Shown piece after piece: positions 25,380 through 32,000 of a stretch of DNA of 32,000 nt. The stretch comes from Erysipelotrichaceae bacterium. GTDB lineage: Bacteria > Bacillota_I > Bacilli_A > Erysipelotrichales > Coprobacillaceae. The stretch lies in NCBI GenBank assembly GCA_028698185.1, contig JAQVDW010000020.1, forward strand, positions 1 through 32,000, written 5' to 3'. The translations under genes were made by a program, and so were the position numbers. Under the pieces are notes generated by a model. That model ran no database searches. It had not been told where the DNA came from and saw only the letters and a program-made list of their open reading frames with translations. Within the stretch, counting starts at the first letter, position 1. Every line of letters begins with the position of its first letter.

Positions 25380-26591
25380 TCATGTTTTCAGTTTTGACCT
25401 GGTTATCGGACCGACTATGCCATCCGCTGCGATACCACGGCTTGTCTGGAACGCTTTGACCGCTGATAGGGTCTTTGGACCGAATACGCCATCAGCAACA
25501 AGCGGGAACTTGTAGTATGTCAGCATCTGTTGAAGCTGTTTTACCGCGGTCCCGACTGAACCGTATTTCAATGTCGGCCAAGTGTCGATTGTCGCGTTGG
25601 ATACCGGTGCTGTGGTTGTTGTCGGGGTTGTTGTAGTCGTTCCGGTTTTCAGTTTTGACCTGGTTATCGGACCGACTATGCCATCAGCTGCGATACCACG
25701 GCTTGTCTGGAACGCTTTGACCGCTGATAATGTCTTTGGACCGAATATACCATCAACAACAAGCTGGAACTTGTAGTATGTCAGCATCTGTTGAAGCTGT
25801 TTTACCGCGGTCCCGACTGAACCGTATTTCAATGTCGGCCAGGTGTCGATTGTTGCATCGGATATCGGCGGAGTGGTTGAAGTCGAGTAGGTATGATTTA
25901 CCAGTTCCGGAACAGTAACGAACTGATAGCCTCGTGATCTCAAGGTTGTAATGATGGTCGGCAAGGCATTTTTGGTGTTGGTCGCTCCGTCACCGGTATG
26001 CATCAGTACAATCGCACCCGGTGTGGCATTATCGAGGACCTTGCTTGTGATTGCAGCAGTGGATACTCCGCTCCAATCAATCGTATCAATGGTCCAATAG
26101 ATTGTCTTGGTATATCCCGCATCCCCGACAACCTGCAATACAGTGCTGTTGTAAGCTCCATAAGGCGGACGGAAATATGGAATGGTAGACTTTCCGGTAA
26201 GGTTCTTGATGATGGTTTCGGTTTGTTGGAGCTCACTTACCATCTGGCTTGCTGATATCTGGGTGAAATAAGGATGTGAGTACGAATGGTTGCCCAGGGG
26301 ATGACCCGCGGCAGCCATCTTTTTGATGATGTCAGGATGATGTTGTGCCCCCTGTCCGGTCACAAAGAATGTCGCCTTGACATTGTAACTTGCCAGGATA
26401 GCCAAAATCGCTTCCGCGTTACCGCCATCTGACCCGTCATCGAAAGTAAGGGCGATGACCTTGTCGGTCGTGGTGACCTTGGAGATAAGCTGGCTGGATG
26501 TTGCCGATACTTGGCCAAGAACCATCGACATAATCATGAAGCTGATAATCAAAGATGATAATATTACCTTCACTCTGCGTGTTTTTTTCAT
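25380..26591 (-). CDS. Secreted polysaccharide/peptidoglycan deacetylase (CE4 NodB domain) with two C-terminal PG_binding_1-like repeats
   Basis: It has a signal/anchor (MKKTRRVKVILSSLIISFMIM), the NodB motifs ALTFDDG and GNHSYSHP, and two near-identical domains (TWPTLKYGSVGTAVKQLQQMLTYYKF..VDGIFGPKT..AVKAFQ) joined by a Thr-rich linker. Confidence 0.88.
   Translation of the reverse strand: MKKTRRVKVILSSLIISFMIMSMVLGQVSATSSQLISKVTTTDKVIALTFDDGSDGGNAEAILAILASYNVKATFFVTGQGAQHHPDIIKKMAAAGHPLGNHSYSHPYFTQISASQMVSELQQTETIIKNLTGKSTIPYFRPPYGAYNSTVLQVVGDAGYTKTIYWTIDTIDWSGVSTAAITSKVLDNATPGAIVLMHTGDGATNTKNALPTIITTLRSRGYQFVTVPELVNHTYSTSTTPPISDATIDTWPTLKYGSVGTAVKQLQQMLTYYKFQLVVDGIFGPKTLSAVKAFQTSRGIAADGIVGPITRSKLKTGTTTTTPTTTTAPVSNATIDTWPTLKYGSVGTAVKQLQQMLTYYKFPLVADGVFGPKTLSAVKAFQTSRGIAADGIVGPITRSKLKT
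25384..25868. repeat. Tandem in-frame duplication with a 261-bp period (two ~224-bp copies plus a 37-bp linker)
   Basis: Copy 25384-25607 against copy 25645-25868 shows about a dozen mismatches by manual alignment. The linker 25608-25644 encodes the Thr-rich spacer. Confidence 0.9.
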
Positions 26592-26915
26592 TTTGAATCA
26601 CCTCTTTAAGGTAACATGATCAATTAAAAAACCATTACTATTATTAATTTCCAATAACGCCTATCCTATTCAACGCCAGATTCGTGCATCTGCAAATTTC
26701 TGTCAAAAAGAACTTGCTCCTTTTTGTTCCAGACTTCTTTTTCGTCCCCTTTCGACACTAAACAACACTACACTCTCTAAGTACATTATACTACTATTTG
26801 GCGACATTTAAACATAATTAACTCAATATTCAACCGATTTTAAAATATGAAAAAAGGAATCCCCCAAATGGAACCCCCTTTAAAAAACGCGCCTATGCAA
26901 TTACTTTAAGCATCA

Positions 26916-28091
26916 TCAACCAATGCCTGTGCCCCTCTTGAAAACCAGCAGTTTCTGGTCGGTTAGCTGGATGGCTACAACAACCAGGCTGGTCGTCAAG
27001 GCGATCAGGACGAGATACCTTATCCCCACTAACGGGATTACCGCCGCCGCCATTGAAGATCCAATCGCCGTCCCCAATTGGATGGCGGTCGAATTGATGC
27101 TGAGCATGAAGCTAGAACGGTTCTGGGTCATCTGGGCGATGCCTGAATTCAGCTGCAGTCCCGCAAACCAGGCGCTAAGCAGCCAGAAAATAAGTATTGC
27201 CACGCTCAACTTGGCCGAATTCCTGAAAACCAGTAACAGCACCATGGCAAGCCCCTGGAGGCTCATCCCAATAAGCAAGGTCTTGCCATAACCGATCCGG
27301 TCGCCGACCTGACCGCCCAAGAGATTTCCCGAAAAGCTGGCCAGCCCCAGAAACACCAGGATGATACTCATTGATTTTTCAAGGGTCGGGAAAACCAGCA
27401 GCATATAGGGGGTGATGTACGTATAGAACGCCCCATAGCCAACAAACATCATCAATGACGAAAGAATCATCATCAGGATGTTGCGGTTCTTGAAATACTG
27501 GATCTCATTAGCCAGATTCAACCTGGTAGCTCCGTGGTCGCTTTCGGGCAGATTTCTTTGGAAATGGACCAGTGACAAGACCATTATTGCGTTCAGGATC
27601 CAAAAAATGATCCGCCAGTCGAAGACAACGATCAAGACCCGCGTCAGGGGAATTCCGATAACCAGGGCCAACGAACTGCCCATAATGTAATAGGCCAGCG
27701 CCCTTCCCTGGCGCTCCTGTGGAGCCAAAGCCAGCACCGTGGCAATCGCCATCACGCCATAGCTGTTGGCCGAAATCCCCATCACCAGCCGGACCGCCAG
27801 CAATTGCCCGAAATTCTGGGCGAAGACCAGGGCCAGGGTCATGATTATTGTAACCAGAAGCATGATTTTGAGGATCTTTGTCCGCTCGATTTTCCGGAAC
27901 ACAATCAGACTCAACGGAACCCCAAAAGCCGCGCCATACGAGTACATTGTATTGAGCAGTCCTGTATTGGCCACGGAAATGTCCAGCGAAAGCGCCACCT
28001 TGTCCAAGATCCCGTTGAACACAAAGGCCGTCATCGCCAAGACAAAGCTCATCAGCGTGAATACCATCAAAGTAATATTTGTTTTTCGCAT
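26916..28091 (-). CDS. MFS transporter (12 TM)
   Basis: 391 aa with ~12 hydrophobic segments and an MFS-like loop motif (FRKIERTKILKI). SD GGGAGAGAAAG is present. Confidence 0.8.
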   Translation of the reverse strand: MRKTNITLMVFTLMSFVLAMTAFVFNGILDKVALSLDISVANTGLLNTMYSYGAAFGVPLSLIVFRKIERTKILKIMLLVTIIMTLALVFAQNFGQLLAVRLVMGISANSYGVMAIATVLALAPQERQGRALAYYIMGSSLALVIGIPLTRVLIVVFDWRIIFWILNAIMVLSLVHFQRNLPESDHGATRLNLANEIQYFKNRNILMMILSSLMMFVGYGAFYTYITPYMLLVFPTLEKSMSIILVFLGLASFSGNLLGGQVGDRIGYGKTLLIGMSLQGLAMVLLLVFRNSAKLSVAILIFWLLSAWFAGLQLNSGIAQMTQNRSSFMLSINSTAIQLGTAIGSSMAAAVIPLVGIRYLVLIALTTSLVVVAIQLTDQKLLVFKRGTGIG

Positions 28092-28251
28092 CTTTCTCTC
28101 CCGAAACTGTGATTATATTTTGGTTTGCACTAAACAGTCACAATGGACTATACACCTTGAAGTTAGCTTTAGGTCAACGGGCACTACGTATTTTCTAAAA
28201 TTGAAAAACCAACCCTAGTCGGCCAACGCCGATTTGCGTCATACAGACCAA

Positions 28252-29049
28252 TCAGGTCAATTTATTCATTATATTGACAAAACGCCCCTTGCTTATAGGA
28301 TGGTGGCTGATTATTTTCCCGTCAAAGATCATGCAAAAACTCCCAAAAGGACATGGCGATCGCTGAATCTGCTCTGGATTTTCAAGGTCGACAATCCTGA
28401 GTGTCAGATCGAATACCTCTTTTGCCGCCTTCTTTATTTCATTGACATTTTTATAGGTGTAGGGACACTGCACCGAACGCAAAATCGTCAGGCCTTTTTG
28501 GTATTGACCAAGACCCGAAGCCATATCAACCTTGAACTTGGGATCTTGATATGAATCATCGAACTTTTTGACCAGCAGGTGAAAATCCGGCGCACATGAG
28601 TCAACCAGTACATATCCCGATTTCAAGAATATCCCGTCATCAACCATGAACGAACCCTTCCGGGTCACAACCGCCACCCCGGCCATCTTGGCTGCTTCAG
28701 CCTCTTTCTCGCATTCCCCGATCAGGGCTGTCGCATAACCCCGGCCTTTGTATTGCTTCTTGAACCCGACAAAAATGCAGTTGATGAACATATAGCCCTT
28801 TGCGTCCACCGGGCGATGCGCGTATTTTCCGGGGATGTACTCGATCATTCCCTGGTTACCGCCATCATCAATAATGACGCTCTTGACTTTAAGCCCTAAT
28901 GGATAGTACTTCTTGAACCAGTCGATCTTGTTTTGAAGTTCCGGATGCTTTCTGGCATCCTTGTAGCCACAGACCCCAAAATCTTCAATGTTATCCGGGG
29001 TGATGTCAATTATCCGATAATCTTTCATGTTATTCATCCTCATTTTCAC
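28252..29049 (-). CDS. GNAT N-acetyltransferase fused to a YoaP-like C-terminal domain
   Basis: The acetyl-CoA motif FVGFKKQYKGRGYATALIGECEKEA is present. The C-terminal LRSVQCPYT...SPCPFGSFCMIFDGK resembles the YoaP domain. The start is ambiguous among the ATGs at 29049, 29043, 29037 and 29028. Confidence 0.7.
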   Translation of the reverse strand: MKMRMNNMKDYRIIDITPDNIEDFGVCGYKDARKHPELQNKIDWFKKYYPLGLKVKSVIIDDGGNQGMIEYIPGKYAHRPVDAKGYMFINCIFVGFKKQYKGRGYATALIGECEKEAEAAKMAGVAVVTRKGSFMVDDGIFLKSGYVLVDSCAPDFHLLVKKFDDSYQDPKFKVDMASGLGQYQKGLTILRSVQCPYTYKNVNEIKKAAKEVFDLTLRIVDLENPEQIQRSPCPFGSFCMIFDGKIISHHPISKGRFVNIMNKLT

Positions 29050-29086
29050 CGATAACGCCCATATCCAAACTCCAAAATAATTAGGC

Positions 29087-29755
29087 TTAAAGACTCACGG
29101 TGATCAACCCCTCGATAACATCACCAACGCGTTTGAAACAGTCGCCCGAATACTCAAGGCGCTGGTATATTTCCTTCTTTTTGACGATTACCAGGGGATC
29201 TTTCTCATTCCTGAACAGTTCGAGCATACTTTTTGAATAGATGGCATCACCCTGTTCCTCAAGGTCGCTGATCGATTTGATTACGGCATTGATCTGGTCC
29301 CTTTTGACATTCTTGTAGCGCTTGAACAGGATCATCAGCTCGTTGATTCGCTCGCAAAGTTCCATGTTCACGCCAAGCAGCATTTTCATATATTCGTCAC
29401 AGCCTTCAAGGTCCATTATATAGAAATGATTGGCGACCGACTCGATTGAATGCAATCCGGCATCGATTCCTTCCAATATCTCGATGATGTCCCGCTGGTC
29501 GATGGGCGTGATGAAAGCTTCTTCCACGAGCTTCAACGATTCATGGACATGCCGGGTCCCATTTTGTTTGAGCTCCTTGATACGCTCCAGTTCGTCCTTA
29601 CCAAGACTGCCATTGCTCATGTTATCCTGCAAAATGTGGACCGCCGCCTGCGAGATGGCGACACCTTTGATGAACATATCGAAATATTCGACCTTCCGCC
29701 CGATAAAAATGCTTCTTATCCTGGCTCCCAAGGTTTTCTTTTTTTGATTTTTCAT
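29087..29755 (-). CDS. DUF47 / PhoU-like putative phosphate-transport regulator
   Basis: It has a helical DUF47-like sequence (YFDMFIKGV...HESLKLVEEAFITPIDQRDIIEIL...EEQGDAIY...KEIYQRLEYSGDCFKRVGDVIEGLI). SD GGAGGT lies 6 nt before ATG 29755, which is 13 nt after the pit stop. Confidence 0.8.
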   Translation of the reverse strand: MKNQKKKTLGARIRSIFIGRKVEYFDMFIKGVAISQAAVHILQDNMSNGSLGKDELERIKELKQNGTRHVHESLKLVEEAFITPIDQRDIIEILEGIDAGLHSIESVANHFYIMDLEGCDEYMKMLLGVNMELCERINELMILFKRYKNVKRDQINAVIKSISDLEEQGDAIYSKSMLELFRNEKDPLVIVKKKEIYQRLEYSGDCFKRVGDVIEGLITVSL

Positions 29756-29768
29756 TTCATGACCTCCA

Positions 29769-30782
29769 TTAGAAAATAAGCCACAGGGTGCGCAACCCAA
29801 GTGAAAACACGTATCCTAAAGTCACACAGACAGGAAATGTGATCAGCCAGGCCATGATTATTTCCTTGGCCACAGTCCAGTTGACCCGGTTTAGGCCGTT
29901 GGCGGCACCAGCCCCCATCATCGAGGCGCCCTTGGTGTGGGTGATGCTCAAAGGGATGCCAAAAAGCGTCGATGCGATCATGCTTATTGAAGCCACCATT
30001 TCCGCGGCGAAACCCTGGTACTTTTCCAGATGGACCATTTTCATTCCGAGCCGTTTGATCACCCGGTAACCCCCGGCCGATATTCCGGCACTCATTATTA
30101 AGGCGATAAGGGGCAGGACCCAAAGAGGGAATTCAATAACACCCGAACCCGGCAAGGGATATGTTTCACTGACAACCAGAGCGAAATAGATGATTCCTAG
30201 AAATTTCTGACCATCCTGGGCCCCATTGGCCATGGTGATAAGGCAGACGCTGACAATCTGGCCGATTGAAAAAATCCGATTCGCGGCATGCCGGCGCATG
30301 TTGCGACATGTTGTCTTGATAATATTGGTGATCGCAAAGCTCAGGCCATATCCCACCAAAGTGGATATAACCATTCCCAGAACGACCTTGACGATCGAGT
30401 CCAGGTTGATTGTTACCAAACCGCCATAACCAATCCCCGCCCCAATCAAGGCCGATACCATGGAATGGGTCGAACTGGTCGGAATCCCGTAACGCCACGC
30501 CAGCAAAGCCCAGACGATCATCGCCAGTTGGACGCCTGCCAGGGTGACCAGGGCAGCCGGCCCGGATCCGATTGAAGCGATATTGGCCATGGTTGCCGCC
30601 ACCGCGTAGCCTAGCACGAATATTCCCAGCAGATTGAAAACCATCCCGACAAAAATCGCCGCCTTCGGGCTGAGCACCCGGGTCGAGATGACGGCCGCCA
30701 GGGCGTTAGGCGCATCGGTAAGGCCGTTGAGAAAGATTGATACCCCAATCAGACCGATCACAATAATAAGCAGCACAGACAT
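29769..30782 (-). CDS. pit: Inorganic phosphate transporter, PiT (PHO4) family
   Basis: The paired signatures GLTDAPNALAAVISTR and ANGAQDGQKFLG are present. I place the start at ATG 30782 after SD GGGGTGA. Confidence 0.88.
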   Translation of the reverse strand: MSVLLIIVIGLIGVSIFLNGLTDAPNALAAVISTRVLSPKAAIFVGMVFNLLGIFVLGYAVAATMANIASIGSGPAALVTLAGVQLAMIVWALLAWRYGIPTSSTHSMVSALIGAGIGYGGLVTINLDSIVKVVLGMVISTLVGYGLSFAITNIIKTTCRNMRRHAANRIFSIGQIVSVCLITMANGAQDGQKFLGIIYFALVVSETYPLPGSGVIEFPLWVLPLIALIMSAGISAGGYRVIKRLGMKMVHLEKYQGFAAEMVASISMIASTLFGIPLSITHTKGASMMGAGAANGLNRVNWTVAKEIIMAWLITFPVCVTLGYVFSLGLRTLWLIF

Positions 30783-30873
30783 TTTCCAATTCACCCCTGA
30801 CCATCGCACTTTTAGAATTCAAAAAATAACCATCACGTGAGCCTCCTGAATTTACCAGGATCCGATTTATTAC

Positions 30874-30902
30874 ATTATAACCCCAAAAGCGCTTACGGAC
30901 AA
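30874..30902 (-). promoter_or_regulatory. Sigma-A type promoter for the pit-DUF47 operon
   Basis: The minus strand reads TTGTCC, a 17-nt spacer, then TATAAT (plus-strand ggacaa 30897-30902 and attata 30874-30879). Confidence 0.5.
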
Positions 30903-31179
30903 GTTCGACAGATTGCCGGAATCACATGGGTTTTGGACCAGATGTCCATCATCTTCATCCTTTCGGGCAGCAACATTCGTCATTTTTTCCAAAACTCCGT
31001 ACATTCGATACTGCTTCAATGAAGTGTGGTATAAATTTTTCAACAGGAAATAACACGGAAAATTGACCGCAGGTTTTGGGTGCTCCAGGACCTGGAGCGG
31101 TCAAAAAAAATAGCATTCGGCCATAAGAAGCTCGTTCCAAAACTTCATGCTATAGACCTTCGCCGGGGCATTTGGAGTG

Positions 31180-31588
31180 TTACGGGGCAACATTCTGGTC
31201 AACGCCCAAACCGGATTGGGGAGACTTTTTGCCCAGATTATGGCTTTGCAGTTCTTGAACCCGGATTTTAGCGTAATCCAGTTTGCAACAATAAGCCGCA
31301 TCACCATTGGAATCACGTTCGGGGTTGCCTGCATGGTCAAGGTGCATATGCGAAATGATGACCTCCTTGACATCCTCGGCCTTTATTTTGCACTTGGCCA
31401 TGATATTTTCAAGATCTGCAATTTGGAAATTGGATACCCCTATGGCTGTTATCTCCCTCGCGATATGCTTATTCCAATGCTTCTACGGCAACCCCGGCAA
31501 CTTCATTGTCTGGAATTTTCCAGGTTCCCGCTCCAAAAACGGACATTATTACACCGTTTGCCAATTTAATCGTTTCAACCGTCGTTTT
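31180..31588 (-). pseudogene. Mosaic relic: aldo-keto reductase fragments joined in frame to a metallo-beta-lactamase-fold fragment
   Basis: One minus frame (31469-31588) reads KTTVETIKLANGVIMSVFGAGTWKIPDNEVAGVAVEALE-TAA, an AKR N-terminus with no ATG. A second frame (31482 down to 31180) reads IAREITAIGVSNFQIADLENIMAKCKIK (the AKR AIGVSNF signature), immediately followed by AEDVKEVIISHMHLDHAGN (MBL HxHxDH), then degenerate sequence. Confidence 0.5.
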
Positions 31589-31658
31589 TTATCACTCCAC
31601 TGATCATCTCATGTAATCACAGGAACTCCTGGTGGGAATTTAAAATGCCTAATTAAAA

Positions 31659-31691
31659 TAGGGTGTTATGCCTATGCGACATAACACCCTA
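31659..31691 (-). terminator. Terminator of the ABC ATPase gene
   Basis: An 11-12 bp stem, AGGGTGTTATG (31660-31670) with CATAACACCCT (31680-31690), and a 9-nt loop. TTTTAATT follows on the minus strand. Confidence 0.55.
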
Positions 31692-31728
31692 CTGTACCAT
31701 CTCGAGACACCCTACTTCGTTGTGCTTC

Positions 31729-32000
31729 TCATGTCTGGATTTGCTTCTTCTTTCCCCTGATTTTCAGTGGAGTAAGTTCATATATGGCATCGGCAACCTT
31801 GGCCACCTCGGGCGAGTGAGTCACGATGATCACGCATTTGTTTTCATGGTGGGCCAGGTCGCTAAAAATGTTCATGATTTCTTCCTGGGTGGCTAGATCG
31901 AGGTTTCCGGTAGGCTCATCAGCCAGAATGATGTTCGGTTCAAATGAAAGGGCCCGGGCGATCGCCACCCGCTGCTGTTCCCCGCCCGAAAGCTTCAGGA
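31729..32000 (-). CDS. ABC transporter ATP-binding protein (MacB/LolD-like), 3' part; continues beyond the window
   Basis: The signature [15 protein letters not shown] lies at the window edge, Walker B is [12 protein letters not shown], and the H-loop is IIVTHS. Confidence 0.88.
   Translation of the reverse strand, partial: LKLSGGEQQRVAIARALSFEPNIILADEPTGNLDLATQEEIMNIFSDLAHHENKCVIIVTHSPEVAKVADAIYELTPLKIRGKKKQIQT

Noticed and set aside
25608-25644. GTTGTT-rich low-complexity tract as a possible microsatellite or regulatory repeat
   Set aside because: It encodes the Thr-rich inter-domain linker (TTTTTPTTTT) of the deacetylase on the minus strand.
31322-31360. An intact metallo-beta-lactamase/lactonase gene, suggested by SHMHLDHAGN
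   Set aside because: The flanking sequence lacks the rest of the MBL fold. The upstream part of the same frame is AKR-like, and the downstream part is broken by stops and frame changes.

Overview
This is a 32-kb chromosomal segment that looks like a low/mid-GC Gram-positive (Bacillota-like) genome. It has GGAGG-type ribosome-binding sites, sigma-A-like promoters and hairpin plus T-tract terminators. I count about 35 apparently intact protein genes. I found no rRNA or tRNA genes, no CRISPR array, and no transposase, integrase or phage genes. The content is mostly ion homeostasis and stress: a P-type ATPase behind a yybP-ykoY (Mn2+) riboswitch with a terminator attenuator, an eight-gene Mrp/Mnh-type cation:proton antiporter operon, a CDF exporter, corA, PiT plus a DUF47/PhoU-like protein, msrB, pirin and mgsA. 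Also present are citrate synthase, an RpiR regulator, a membrane GGDEF cyclase, a secreted CE4 deacetylase, an MFS transporter, a GNAT/YoaP protein and several DUF proteins. Three things stand out. First, the density of decayed genes is high. There is a GH1 stub, a DUF1905 gene with an in-frame TGA, a corA with a single in-frame TAG, an OmpR/KdpE-type winged-helix remnant and a WrbA-like gene with an internal deletion. There is also a relic that fuses aldo-keto-reductase motifs to a metallo-beta-lactamase motif, and an ~0.8-kb zone with no intact ORF. Second, the Mrp operon has Mbh-like gene order, no MrpA, and a DUF4040 subunit with an unrecognised ~110-aa soluble tail. Third, a DUF2254 membrane protein is translationally coupled to a patatin-like phospholipase. 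I did not find a convincing self-contained novel defence or mobile system, so these leads are hypotheses that need database searches. All family calls rest on motif recognition by eye.
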